From: Pseudomonadota bacterium
GTDB lineage: Bacteria > Pseudomonadota > Gammaproteobacteria > Burkholderiales > Burkholderiaceae
Reading direction: 5' to 3'
Length of the DNA: 22,422 nt
Assembly: GCA_046050125.1 (NCBI GenBank)
Contig: JBJOQB010000169.1
Location: 1-22,422, forward strand
Under the pieces are notes generated by a model. The model saw only the letters and a program-made list of their open reading frames with translations, made no database searches and was not told the origin of the DNA. The translations under genes were made by a program, and so were the position numbers. How positions within the stretch are numbered: position 1 is the stretch's first letter; the number at the start of each line of letters is the position of its first letter. Below, piece by piece: positions 1 to 9,693 of this stretch.

Positions 1-1
1 C

Positions 2-76
2 AAATGGGTGAGACTCGTAAGGCATATTATCATAAGATTCTGCAATTGTATTATTCATAAGAGTACTTTCTATCAT
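2..76 (-). CDS. 5' end of a gene running off the left edge (N-terminus MIESTLMNNTIAESYDNMPYESHPF...); function unknown, possibly a SAM-dependent methyltransferase-like N-terminus
   Basis: ATG at 76..74 (alternative ATG at 58..56). The reverse frame stays open to the window edge. Only about 25 aa are visible. The 'YDxxPYxSHPF' start resembles N-termini of some class I methyltransferases, but this is recollection only. Confidence 0.3.
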   Translation of the reverse strand, partial: MIESTLMNNTIAESYDNMPYESHPF

Positions 77-323
77 TATATTTATTTCCTATTTACAATT
101 CTATTATTCATCTATTTTAAAATATTTGGATAACTATTCACAACATTTTAAGGAAATCACTCAAATCTTCTTAAAAAGTTTAAAATTAGCTAAGCTACAT
201 TTTATAAATCATACCTTAAACAATTTATTAAATATAGTTTATGCATATTATTAATGTTGTAAAACCACACATTTATAGCTATACTTAATTAGCCTTTTTT
301 AAAAATAAACTATTTTTATCATT

Positions 324-1712
324 ATGATTAGTTATTCTTTTGCCAAACAACATCATATTTTATATATTCATAACACTATCTATATGACAGATAAAACCAA
401 GCCAGATAGCCTAAATGAGTTAAATCGATATGGTATTATTGCAACAATTTCTTTAATTTCTGATGATGAATTCCAAGCTAAATTAGCTGAGCAGTATGGG
501 CAAGGCAATGTTGATAAAATTAATGATGAAATAAATGATAATATTGATTTATCTGAATTAGTGCAAGAAATACCACAAGACCAAGATTTACTTGAGCAAG
601 AAAATGATGCTCCAATCATTAAAATGATTAATACATTAATTACTCAAGCAATTCGTGAAAATGCATCAGATATACATATCGAATTATTTGAGAAAAAATC
701 ATTAGTAAGATTTAGGATAGATGGTATTTTAAAAGATGTAATTAGCATTCCTCAAGGCTTGCATGCTGCGATTGTATCTCGCCTAAAAATTATGTCAGAT
801 TTAGATATAGCTGAAAAACGATTACCGCAAGATGGTAGAATTGGGCTAAAAATAGCAGGCAAAAACATTGATGTACGTTTATCTAGTCTGCCTACAGCTT
901 ATGGCGAACGTATTGTTATGCGTTTACTTGAACGTAATTTAAATCGCCTGAATTTATCAACTTTGGGCATGAATCACACAACGCTAAATAACTTTAATAA
1001 ATTATTAAATTTGCCTCATGGAATTGTACTAGTTACAGGTCCTACAGGAAGTGGTAAAACTACATCATTATATGCTGGATTACTTAATATTGATGCAAAA
1101 AAAATTAATATTATGACAGTAGAAGACCCCATAGAATACGAACTACCAAATATAAATCAAACTCAAGTAAATAGTAAAATTGAATTAAGTTTCGCAAGAG
1201 TTTTACGCTCTATCTTACGTCAAGACCCTGATGTAATCATGATAGGGGAAATTCGAGACGTAGAAACAGCACAAATTGCAATTCAAGCAGCTTTAACGGG
1301 GCATTTAGTTTTAGCAACATTACACACCAATACAGCAACTAGTGCAATTACTAGATTAATTGATATGGGAATTGAGCCATTTTTGTTATCTAGCACTATT
1401 TGTGGAGTATTGGCACAGCGTTTAGTACGTAAATTATGTGATAATTGCAAACAAATTAATGCAGATGGCGTATGGCGTGCTGTTGGGTGTAGCTCATGCA
1501 ATAATACAGGGTATTTAGGGCGTACAGGCATTCATGAATTACTTATGGTCAATGATATTATGCGTAGTAAAATTCATAATAATGAAAATGAATTAGATAT
1601 TGAGCAATATGCCCAAAGTGAGGGTATGCTTTTAATGTCAGAAGATGCTAAACGCTTGATTATGTCTGGTATTACATCAGTGGAAGAGGTAGCAAGAGTG
1701 TGTAAGGATTAA
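324..1712 (+). CDS. GspE/PilB-family type II secretion / type IV pilus assembly ATPase with a short N-terminus
   Basis: Walker A GPTGSGKTT, Asp box DPDVIMIGEIRD, His box LVLATLHTNTA and tetracysteine CDNCK...CSSCNNTGY are all present, plus a GspE N2-like segment (ASDIHIE, RFRIDG). Only about 95 aa precede the N2 domain. The start may instead be Met21 at 384; neither candidate start has a clear SD. Confidence 0.85.
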   Translation: MISYSFAKQHHILYIHNTIYMTDKTKPDSLNELNRYGIIATISLISDDEFQAKLAEQYGQGNVDKINDEINDNIDLSELVQEIPQDQDLLEQENDAPIIKMINTLITQAIRENASDIHIELFEKKSLVRFRIDGILKDVISIPQGLHAAIVSRLKIMSDLDIAEKRLPQDGRIGLKIAGKNIDVRLSSLPTAYGERIVMRLLERNLNRLNLSTLGMNHTTLNNFNKLLNLPHGIVLVTGPTGSGKTTSLYAGLLNIDAKKINIMTVEDPIEYELPNINQTQVNSKIELSFARVLRSILRQDPDVIMIGEIRDVETAQIAIQAALTGHLVLATLHTNTATSAITRLIDMGIEPFLLSSTICGVLAQRLVRKLCDNCKQINADGVWRAVGCSSCNNTGYLGRTGIHELLMVNDIMRSKIHNNENELDIEQYAQSEGMLLMSEDAKRLIMSGITSVEEVARVCKD

Positions 1713-1723
1713 GTTAATATTTA

Positions 1724-1752
1724 ATAAAAGAAAAAATACCTGTAAAATCAGG
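1724..1752. terminator. Bidirectional rho-independent terminator between the convergent ATPase gene and purF
   Basis: Perfect 10-bp inverted repeat aaaatacctg (1724-1733) / caggtatttt (1740-1749) with a 6-nt loop taaaat. It is flanked by an A-run upstream and a T-run downstream, so it can terminate both strands. Confidence 0.6.
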
Positions 1753-1781
1753 TATTTTATAATCATAATTTTTATCTAAAT

Positions 1782-3260
1782 TTAATTAGACTTGCTTCTA
1801 CTATCTTCCAATTCTTGTAAATATTCTTTTGTAATATCACCTGTTATATAACAGCCATCAAAACATGATGCATCAAAATCAGTTATTTTAGGATTAATAT
1901 CCATAACTGCTTGTTTTACTGCTTCAATCGTTTGATATACAAGCTGGTCAGCATGAATAAAATCACAAATTTCTTGATTATTACGATTACTAGCAATTAA
2001 CTCTTTTGAAGTTGGCATATCAATACCATACACATTTGGATACTTAACAGGAGGAGCGGCTGAAGCAAATATTATTTTTTTAGCACCTGCTTGCTTTGCC
2101 ATTTGTACAATTTCTAAAGATGTAGTGCCTCTTACAATTGAATCATCAATAATTAACACATTTTTATCTTTAAATTCTATATTTAGAGTATTCAACTTTT
2201 GGCGTACAGACTTTTTACGAATTGCTTGTCCAGGCATAATAAAAGTTCTACCCACATAGCGATTTTTGAAAAATCCTTCTCTGTATGACAAGCCTAATTT
2301 ATTTGCTAATTCCATAGCTGAAGGACGGCTTGAATCAGGTATTGGCATCACTACATCAATTTCGCTAACATCTATATTCTTTTTAATTTCTTCAGCTAAG
2401 TACTCGCCCATGCGTAATCTAGCCTCATATACAGGCACACCATCAATACAAGAATCAGGTCTAGCAAGGTAAATATATTCAAATATACATGGTACTAATT
2501 TTGGCTCAACGCCTATATCATTTTTTGTATATTCTTTTGAGAATAAATTATGTTTAGTATCTATGAAAACCGCTTCTGCAGGCTTAATATCTCGCTCAAA
2601 CTTAAATCCCAATCCATCAATTGCTACAGATTCAGATGCAAACATATAATCTATACCTTCATCATTAGTTTGTGAACCTAATACTAATGGTCTAATACCA
2701 TAAGGGTCTCTAAATGCTAATAATCCATAACCAGCAATAATAATCAATACGCTGTAAGCACCTTTAACACGACAGTGTACACCTTGCACAGCCTTAAATA
2801 TCATATCTGGGGTTAAGGGTAATGAATTAGAATTTTTATGTAATTCATCAGCAAATACATTCAATAAAATTTCAGAATCAGAACTAGTATTTATATGCCT
2901 TCTGTCATTTTCAAACATAGACTGGCGTAATTGAGCTGTATTGGTTAAATTACCATTATGTACAAGCATTAAACCAAATGGAGCATTTACATAAAAAGGT
3001 TGAGCCTCTTCCTCACTATCAGGATTACCTGCAGTAGGGTAACGCACTTGACCCAAGCCAATAGTACCAGGTAAAGCACGCATATTGCGAGTACGGAACA
3101 CATCTTTAACTAAACCATTTGCCTTATGCATAAAAAAATTATTATTATGCATCGTAGCGATACCTGCGGCATCTTGCCCTCTATGTTGCAATAATAATAA
3201 ACTATCATAAACCAACTGATTAACAGGACTATGGGAAATAATGCCACTAATTCCGCACAT
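1782..3260 (-). CDS. purF: Amidophosphoribosyltransferase (glutamine-PRPP amidotransferase)
   Basis: The product begins MCGISGI (Ntn-hydrolase Cys1) and has PRTase-domain similarity throughout. The ORF track's 3266 start is a TTG two codons upstream. The real ATG at 3260 is preceded by AAAGGAAATTGAGT, which serves as the RBS. Confidence 0.9.
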   Translation of the reverse strand: MCGISGIISHSPVNQLVYDSLLLLQHRGQDAAGIATMHNNNFFMHKANGLVKDVFRTRNMRALPGTIGLGQVRYPTAGNPDSEEEAQPFYVNAPFGLMLVHNGNLTNTAQLRQSMFENDRRHINTSSDSEILLNVFADELHKNSNSLPLTPDMIFKAVQGVHCRVKGAYSVLIIIAGYGLLAFRDPYGIRPLVLGSQTNDEGIDYMFASESVAIDGLGFKFERDIKPAEAVFIDTKHNLFSKEYTKNDIGVEPKLVPCIFEYIYLARPDSCIDGVPVYEARLRMGEYLAEEIKKNIDVSEIDVVMPIPDSSRPSAMELANKLGLSYREGFFKNRYVGRTFIMPGQAIRKKSVRQKLNTLNIEFKDKNVLIIDDSIVRGTTSLEIVQMAKQAGAKKIIFASAAPPVKYPNVYGIDMPTSKELIASNRNNQEICDFIHADQLVYQTIEAVKQAVMDINPKITDFDASCFDGCYITGDITKEYLQELEDSRSKSN

Positions 3261-3385
3261 ACTCAATTTCCTTTGTATTTAAAATTTTTTATATATTGTA
3301 TTATAACTCTTTATGTAAATAATGGGAAATTATAGTATATACCTACAATTAATAGTATAAAGTGTAAAAGTATAAAAAAATTATT

Positions 3386-3982
3386 CTAAACTGTACGCCT
3401 ATCAACTAAAGCTCTAGCAATTGTATTAATATCAACATATTCTAAATCACTACCAGCAGGTACACCCCTTGCCAAGCGTGATACATTAACACCTTTTTTA
3501 TGTAAAATATCTGCAATATAGTAAGCAGTAGTTTCACCCTCAGTAGTAAATCCTGTAGCTAGAATTACCTCTTTTACATCTTCATGCATGGCTCTTTCAA
3601 TCATTTTCTCAAATGCAATATCTTGAGGACCAATTCCATCTAATGGCATTAATTTACCCATTAAAACAAAATATTTACCATTATAACTTTGAGTTTGTTC
3701 AAGCATATGCAAATCAATTGGCATTTCAACAATACACAATTTTGAGCTGTCTCTACGCTTGTTTTCACAAATATGGCAAATATCATTTTCACATAAAGTA
3801 TTACAATCTCTACAATTTTTTATATTTTGTAAGCTATATAAAATAACTTCTGCTAAATGCTTAGCCTTTTCTCTATTGCTATGTAGTAGATGATAAGCCA
3901 TGCGAGTTGCAGAGCGAGGCCCCACACTTGGTAAAATTCTAAGTGCAGAGATTAATTGTTCAATAATATTTATTTCAGACAT
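3386..3982 (-). CDS. recR: Recombination protein RecR
   Basis: N-terminal LISALRILPSVGPRSATRMAYHLL helix-hairpin-helix, a C4 zinc finger (CRDCNTLC...CHIC), then a Toprim region. Length is 198 aa. Confidence 0.9.
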   Translation of the reverse strand: MSEINIIEQLISALRILPSVGPRSATRMAYHLLHSNREKAKHLAEVILYSLQNIKNCRDCNTLCENDICHICENKRRDSSKLCIVEMPIDLHMLEQTQSYNGKYFVLMGKLMPLDGIGPQDIAFEKMIERAMHEDVKEVILATGFTTEGETTAYYIADILHKKGVNVSRLARGVPAGSDLEYVDINTIARALVDRRTV

Positions 3983-4175
3983 AATATAATGATAGAGATT
4001 TTAGAATATATAAAGCCAAATAGATTAACTATACACATCTTTTTTATGTTATAATCCAATTATAATGCTCTTAATAAACTTACTCAATCTACTTTTGACT
4101 ACATATAATATTGATATGAATATAATAATCAAAATTATTTTAGTATAAAAGCTCAGAATAAATTACGGACTTGCT

Positions 4176-5006
4176 ATGAATAATACATTACATAATACTA
4201 ATTCTCACCCAATGTTAAACACTGCAATTAAAGCAGTAAGAAGAGCAGGAAGCTTAATCAACAAAGCAAGTCTTGATATTGCTAGCATAGCAAGTGCTAG
4301 AAAAAATGACGGTTCTTTAGTAAGTGAAATTGATAACAGCGTTCAAGCTGAAATTCTGGATATACTAATGAATGTTTATCCACAACATCAATTTATTGCT
4401 GAAGAAAATCATTTCTCAAATATAGATTTAAATAAAGAATACACATGGTATATTGACCCAATTGATGGGACAAGCAACTTTATTCATGGATTTGACTACT
4501 ATGCAATTTCAATTGCTGTGGCTAGAGGAAATGCATTAGAACACGCTGTTATATACAACCCAAATACTGATGAATTATTTACTGCAAGTAAAGGACGTGG
4601 TGCATACTTAAATAACCGCCGTATACGTGTAAATTCACGCATTAAATTATCTGATGCACTAGTAGCAACTTCATTTTTACATAAAAAAAATATTAGCGAA
4701 CAAAAAGACGTACAATTATATTTAGATATTACACAAGCTGCTGCTGGTATTCGTCGTACAGGTTCAATTGCACTTGATTTAGCTTATGTTGCATGCGGTA
4801 GATTTGATGCATTCTTTGATAAAAACTTGTATTCATGGGATATAGCTGCAGGTATGTTACTAGTAAAAGAAGCGGGCGGGTTAATTGGTAATTTTAATGG
4901 CGATAGTGCAAATGATGTTGAAATTATTGCAAATAAGCAACTTTTAGCAGCAAATAGTAGAATATTTGCAGGATTAGTATCAAACTTAAATACCAATAAT
5001 AAATAA
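4176..5006 (+). CDS. suhB: Inositol monophosphatase family protein SuhB
   Basis: HPMLNTAIKAVRRAG N-terminus, WYIDPIDGTSNFIHG metal-binding motif and WDIAAG motif. The start may be the internal Met at 4212. Confidence 0.85.
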   Translation: MNNTLHNTNSHPMLNTAIKAVRRAGSLINKASLDIASIASARKNDGSLVSEIDNSVQAEILDILMNVYPQHQFIAEENHFSNIDLNKEYTWYIDPIDGTSNFIHGFDYYAISIAVARGNALEHAVIYNPNTDELFTASKGRGAYLNNRRIRVNSRIKLSDALVATSFLHKKNISEQKDVQLYLDITQAAAGIRRTGSIALDLAYVACGRFDAFFDKNLYSWDIAAGMLLVKEAGGLIGNFNGDSANDVEIIANKQLLAANSRIFAGLVSNLNTNNK

Positions 5007-5015
5007 TATATGTAT

Positions 5016-5897
5016 ATGCATAAAAAAATATCTAAAGCTGTATTTCCTGTTGCTGGACTTGGTACACGCTTTTTACCTGCAACAAAAGCAAGCCCTAAAG
5101 AAATGCTAACGGTTGTGGATAAGCCACTGATTCAGTATGCAGTAGAAGAAGCAATTGCAGCAGGCATTACAGAACTTATATTTGTTACAGGTAGAAATAA
5201 AAGAGCAATTGAAGACCATTTTGACAAAGCCTACGAGTTAGAAGCTGAATTAATTGCTAAAAATAAAACTGAATTACTTGAATTAGTTCGCTCAATTAAA
5301 CCTGCTCATGTAGATTGTTTTTATGTAAGGCAACCTGAAGCATTAGGATTAGGGCATGCCGTGTTATGTGCTGAAAAACTAATTGGAAATGAGCCATTTG
5401 CTATATTTTTAGCTGATGATTTACTAGTTGGAACTCCACCTGTAATGCAACAAATGGTGGATATATATCATCATTATTGCTGTAGTGTAATTGGTGTTGA
5501 GAAAATTGAACCTAGCCAAAGTAAATCATATGGTGTTGTTGCAGGCAAACTATGGGAAGAGTCTTTAGTGAAGCTTTCTGGAATTATTGAAAAACCAAAA
5601 CCAGAAGATGCACCATCAAATTTAGGCGTAGTTGGTCGTTATATATTAACTCCACGTATATTTGAGCATATAAAGCAAATTAAATCAGGTGCAGGTGGAG
5701 AAATACAACTTACTGATGCAATTGCAAGATTACTTACTGAAGAACAGGTGCTAGCATATGCATATGACGGTATACGTTATGATTGTGGTAGTAAAATAGG
5801 CTATTTAAAGGCAACTTTAGATTTGGCACTAAAGCATGATGAATGTGGGCAAGAATTTTTACAATTCTTGAAATCAAAGCAAGATATCTTAGCATAA
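5016..5897 (+). CDS. galU: UTP--glucose-1-phosphate uridylyltransferase
   Basis: [25 protein letters not shown] nucleotide-binding motif; about 293 aa. The ORF track starts two codons earlier at 5010. The gene sits 4-10 nt after the suhB stop, so the two are likely co-transcribed. Confidence 0.9.
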   Translation: MHKKISKAVFPVAGLGTRFLPATKASPKEMLTVVDKPLIQYAVEEAIAAGITELIFVTGRNKRAIEDHFDKAYELEAELIAKNKTELLELVRSIKPAHVDCFYVRQPEALGLGHAVLCAEKLIGNEPFAIFLADDLLVGTPPVMQQMVDIYHHYCCSVIGVEKIEPSQSKSYGVVAGKLWEESLVKLSGIIEKPKPEDAPSNLGVVGRYILTPRIFEHIKQIKSGAGGEIQLTDAIARLLTEEQVLAYAYDGIRYDCGSKIGYLKATLDLALKHDECGQEFLQFLKSKQDILA

Positions 5898-5998
5898 TAA
5901 ATATATATCAATAATATATGGCTTAGATAGCCGTGGAGTTTTATCTAGCTGTATATTGATAAATAATCTTAATAACTTAAATCAAATATCAATATATT

Positions 5999-6712
5999 CT
6001 AAATTATTTTTTTAATTTTATAGCCAAATCCTCTTACTGTTTCAATTGAATTAGCACAAATTCCTGTTTTATCAACTAGATTTATGGCTTGACGTAAACG
6101 CTTAATTTGAACATCAACTGTTCTTTCATCAATGTCTCCAATATCATGCCAAACATGATTTAATAGCTCTGCCCTTGAATATACCCTATCTGGATGTTGC
6201 ATTAAAAAGCTTAAAAGCTTAAATTCAGTTGGGCTTAAATCAATAAATATTTGGATTGAAGTATCAGAATACTGTAAATATACTTGTTTATTTTGGTTAT
6301 TCAAATATATATTATTGATAGAATATAACTGCTCTAAACCTATTCTACGAATAACAGATTTTACTCTTGCAACTACTTGTTTAGGTGAAAATGGTTTGTA
6401 GATGTAATCATCAGCACCAGCATCTAATCCTGCGATAGTATCGTCTTCGCTTTGCCTTGCGGTTAGCATGAGTACAGGAATATCTTTGGTTGAAGTATTT
6501 GATTTTAACTCTTTTAAGAATGATATACCACTTTGTTTTGGTAACATCCAATCAAGAATTATAAGATGAATTATATTATCTGAAAGGCTAGACCTAGCAT
6601 GCTGGACATCAACTGCTTTAATACAATTAAGTCCAGCACTACTCAAATTTATATACAATATCTCAGCTATGTTGTAATCATCTTCAATAATTAAAACATT
6701 AGGTAAGAACAT
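5999..6712 (-). CDS. phoB: OmpR/PhoB-family response regulator (PhoB-like), with no cognate kinase gene adjacent
   Basis: Receiver domain (EDD, ILDWMLP phospho-Asp context, K105) plus a winged-helix effector (RVYSRAELL...TVDVQIKRLR, GFGY). It lies 25 nt downstream of the RRM gene on the same strand. Confidence 0.8.
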   Translation of the reverse strand: MFLPNVLIIEDDYNIAEILYINLSSAGLNCIKAVDVQHARSSLSDNIIHLIILDWMLPKQSGISFLKELKSNTSTKDIPVLMLTARQSEDDTIAGLDAGADDYIYKPFSPKQVVARVKSVIRRIGLEQLYSINNIYLNNQNKQVYLQYSDTSIQIFIDLSPTEFKLLSFLMQHPDRVYSRAELLNHVWHDIGDIDERTVDVQIKRLRQAINLVDKTGICANSIETVRGFGYKIKKII

Positions 6713-6737
6713 ATACTTTCAGTGAAAGTTTTGTATA

Positions 6738-7010
6738 TTAGAAACGAGATTGACGTGGAGGTCTAGCTGGTTTATCTTGAGCTGGGTTAATACGAGCAGC
6801 TCTACCTTGGATTTCTTTACCATTTAAAGCATTAATCGCATTGTTAGCTTCTTGTTCGTTTTCCATTGTTACGAAACCGAAACCTTTTGAACGACGTGTT
6901 TCTCTATCCATAACGATGTTAGCTTTAGCAACTGAACCATATGGGCTAAACATATCAATTAAATCTTCAGCTGTTGTTTTGTAAGGTAGGTTTCCTACGT
7001 AAATATCCAT
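6738..7010 (-). CDS. Small RRM-type RNA-binding protein (Rbp-like, 90 aa)
   Basis: RNP-2 IYVGNL and RNP-1 KGFGFVTM, with a Pro/Arg-rich C-terminal tail. True start is MDIYVGNL at 7010, preceded by AGGAAATAAA as the RBS. The ORF-track N-terminal extension up to 7094 lacks an RBS and is not RRM-like. Confidence 0.8.
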   Translation of the reverse strand: MDIYVGNLPYKTTAEDLIDMFSPYGSVAKANIVMDRETRRSKGFGFVTMENEQEANNAINALNGKEIQGRAARINPAQDKPARPPRQSRF

Positions 7011-7081
7011 TTTATTTCCTTTATTTGCGTTAACATAAATTATCATCAAGCACCTACGCAAACAGACAATACTTGTGAACG

Positions 7082-7102
7082 ATTGCATTACCATAATGCA
7101 AT
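7082..7102. promoter_or_regulatory. Perfect 9-bp inverted repeat in the phoU-rbp intergenic region, in the presumptive 5' leader of the RRM gene
   Basis: attgcatta (7082-7090) / cca loop / taatgcaat (7094-7102), with a T-run on the plus strand afterwards. It lies 72 nt upstream of the RRM start codon on the transcribed minus strand. Confidence 0.35.
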
Positions 7103-7152
7103 ATTTTTTACTTAGCTAATTATTTGTTAACTTATAACTAACTACTTTAATT

Positions 7153-7854
7153 TTAATTCAATGCATGCTTTTGTTTATTTTCCATTGTTTGATGCCTAAC
7201 ATCTTTACCTTTTACAATGTAAATTACAAACTCTGCAATATTTTTAGCATGGTCGCCAATTCTTTCAATTGCCTTGCCTATAAACAAGAAATCCAAACCA
7301 CTAGATATAATTCTTGGGTCTTCCATCATATAGGTTACAAGCTTTCTTACAAATGCACGGAATTCATCATCAATTGCTCTGTCTTCTTGCATGATTTGTA
7401 TTGCAGCATTAACATCAAGCCTAGCAAAAGCATCTAATGCTCTTCTCAACGAACCTAATGCTAACTGCCCTGCAACTTTTAGTTCTGCAAAATTTATTAT
7501 TTGAGCATTTGAGTTTTCTAAAATGCGTTTTATTAATTTTGATATTTTTACAGCCTCATCACCCGCTCTTTCTAAATTTGTTGTTGTTTTAGAAATTGCC
7601 ATAATTAAGCGTAAATCTTTAGCTGTAGGTTGGCGACGCACAATGATATTATTGCATTCGCCATCAACTTCTAATTCAAGCTGATTTAATTGCTGTTCAT
7701 AAGCAAAAACGCTATCTGCCAAAGATAAGTCAAAGCTTTGTAGTGCTTGTAATGATGTAGATAACTGATTTTCAACTAATCCACCCATTTCTAGTAGCTT
7801 AGTGCATATATCATTTAAATCAGCATCAAATTGACTTGATAAGTGCTTGTCCAT
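7153..7854 (-). CDS. phoU: Phosphate signalling complex protein PhoU
   Basis: 233 aa. Two PhoU repeats with the conserved D/E...N...ER.GD motifs (ERAGDEAVKIS and ERIGDHAKNIAE). Confidence 0.9.
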   Translation of the reverse strand: MDKHLSSQFDADLNDICTKLLEMGGLVENQLSTSLQALQSFDLSLADSVFAYEQQLNQLELEVDGECNNIIVRRQPTAKDLRLIMAISKTTTNLERAGDEAVKISKLIKRILENSNAQIINFAELKVAGQLALGSLRRALDAFARLDVNAAIQIMQEDRAIDDEFRAFVRKLVTYMMEDPRIISSGLDFLFIGKAIERIGDHAKNIAEFVIYIVKGKDVRHQTMENKQKHALN

Positions 7855-7898
7855 TTTATTTCCTTTATATCAACCAATAACTATAATAGTTTAGTTAA

Positions 7899-8696
7899 TC
7901 AACCGAATCTACCTGTAATGTAATCTTCAGTTTGTTTTTGTTTTGGATTGATAAATATTTCTTTAGTTTCACCAAATTCTACTAATTCACCTAAGTACAT
8001 GTAGGCAGTAAACCTAGAAACTCTAGCAGCTTGTTGCATGTTATGGGTTACAATAAGTATACTAACTTTTTCACCTAATGTGTGTATTAATTCTTCAATA
8101 CTTGCCGTAGCAATTGGGTCAAGAGCAGAAGTTGGCTCATCAAATAATAGCATTTCTGGTTCAGTAGCTAAGGCTCTTGCAATACAAAGCCTTTGTTGCT
8201 GACCGCCAGATAGTGCATTTGCTAAATCATTTAATCTATGCTTTACTTCGTCCCATAAAGCTGCACCTTTTAGTGCATCTTCAACTCTATCTTGAATTTC
8301 ACTCTTATTTCTATTACCACGCAATCTTAAACCATAAGCCACATTCTCAAATATACTTTTTGGAAATGGGTTTGGCTTTTGAAACACCATGCCAATTCTC
8401 ATTCTAACTTGTATTGCATCTACTCTTTCATCTAATATATTAGTATTATCTGGTTGAAGAATAATTTTACCTGAATACGAATTACCTGGGTAAAGGTCAT
8501 GCATTCTGTTAAAAGAACGTAATAACGTAGATTTACCACAACCAGAAGGACCAATTAATGCTGTTACTTTCTTTTCATAAATTGGTAAGTTTATATTTTT
8601 TAAAGCTTTAAAGTCGCCATAGAAAAACGAAAAATCTTGAGCCTCTGCTTTTATTTTCAAATCATCATTTTGCGTGCTGTTTGAAGTATTATTCAT
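7899..8696 (-). CDS. pstB: Phosphate ABC transporter ATP-binding protein
   Basis: [13 protein letters not shown]...GPSGCGKST Walker [15 protein letters not shown] signature, [11 protein letters not shown] Walker B and H-loop VTHN. Confidence 0.9.
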   Translation of the reverse strand: MNNTSNSTQNDDLKIKAEAQDFSFFYGDFKALKNINLPIYEKKVTALIGPSGCGKSTLLRSFNRMHDLYPGNSYSGKIILQPDNTNILDERVDAIQVRMRIGMVFQKPNPFPKSIFENVAYGLRLRGNRNKSEIQDRVEDALKGAALWDEVKHRLNDLANALSGGQQQRLCIARALATEPEMLLFDEPTSALDPIATASIEELIHTLGEKVSILIVTHNMQQAARVSRFTAYMYLGELVEFGETKEIFINPKQKQTEDYITGRFG

Positions 8697-8770
8697 AATT
8701 TTTAATCCGTAACAATTCTTTATTAACTATATAAACTATTTTTATTAACTTTTCTTTGCTATTTATTTTT

Positions 8771-9688
8771 TTACCATTTAATATTTTTTCTTAGTCTATA
8801 TCTTATCATTATTGCAACTGCGTTCATACCTAATGTCATCAGTATTAGCATTAGTCCTGCTGCTGCTGCATTTTGCTGGAATGCTTCTTCTGGTCTTGAT
8901 GTCCAGTTAAACATTTGAATTGGCATTACTGTAAACCCAGAGTATAACCATTCAAAGTTAAAGTAAGGCGAAGTGCTACTTATTGGACTAGGAGGTAAAA
9001 ATGCAATAAATGTTAAAGCCCCCACTGTAATTAGTGGAGCAGTTTCTCCGATTGCTCTTGACATACCTAAAATTACGCCTGTTAAAACACCTGGCATAGA
9101 GTATGGAATTATGTGGTCTTTTGTTACTTGCCATTTACTTGCACCTAAACCATATGCACCTTCACGAATATGCTGTGGTATGCCACGTATAGCCTCTCTA
9201 GTTGCTACAATTATAATTGGTAATATTAATAAAGCTAAAGTACACCCAGCAGATAAAATGCTTTGCCCAAATCCAAGTTTATGCACAAAAATACCAAGCG
9301 CAAGCAACCCATATACAATTGATGGAACACCTGCCAAATTACTAATATTTATTTCTATGATATCGGTTAGTAGGTTTTTTTTTGCATATTCTTCTAGGTA
9401 TATTCCACTTAACACTCCTAGAGGAACAGCCAAGCATGCAGTTACTGCCATAATTACTAATGAGCCAACCCATGCTGATAATATACCCGCTTGAGATGCT
9501 CTGCGAGATGGAAAATTACTAAAGAATTCTGGAGTTAGCCTTTCAAATCCTGAAACTAGCATTTGTGCAAATAGAGTAAAAAACGTAAGTATAGCAATGC
9601 TAAGTGCGAAAAAACCTACTATTGCAAATATCGTACTAATTGTTTGATTTTTCTTTACTATTTTCTGTACATGAGTTATATCTTGCAT
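8771..9688 (-). CDS. pstA: Phosphate ABC transporter permease PstA
   Basis: Polytopic membrane protein with an EAA-like loop (SRAIGETAPL). It is the second permease in pstC-pstA-pstB order. Confidence 0.85.
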   Translation of the reverse strand: MQDITHVQKIVKKNQTISTIFAIVGFFALSIAILTFFTLFAQMLVSGFERLTPEFFSNFPSRRASQAGILSAWVGSLVIMAVTACLAVPLGVLSGIYLEEYAKKNLLTDIIEINISNLAGVPSIVYGLLALGIFVHKLGFGQSILSAGCTLALLILPIIIVATREAIRGIPQHIREGAYGLGASKWQVTKDHIIPYSMPGVLTGVILGMSRAIGETAPLITVGALTFIAFLPPSPISSTSPYFNFEWLYSGFTVMPIQMFNWTSRPEEAFQQNAAAAGLMLILMTLGMNAVAIMIRYRLRKNIKW

Positions 9689-9693
9689 AATTT

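Noticed and set aside
3267-3385. Candidate sigma70 -35/-10 elements for purF and for divergent recR/suhB promoters
   Set aside because: Many TATAAT-like hexamers occur by chance in 25-30% GC DNA, and the spacing to plausible -35 elements was inconsistent. I have no basis to pick one.
5921-5955. Short hairpin (tagata...tatcta) between convergent galU and phoB
   Set aside because: A 6-bp AT-rich stem with a 12-nt loop and no clear U-tract is too weak to call a terminator.
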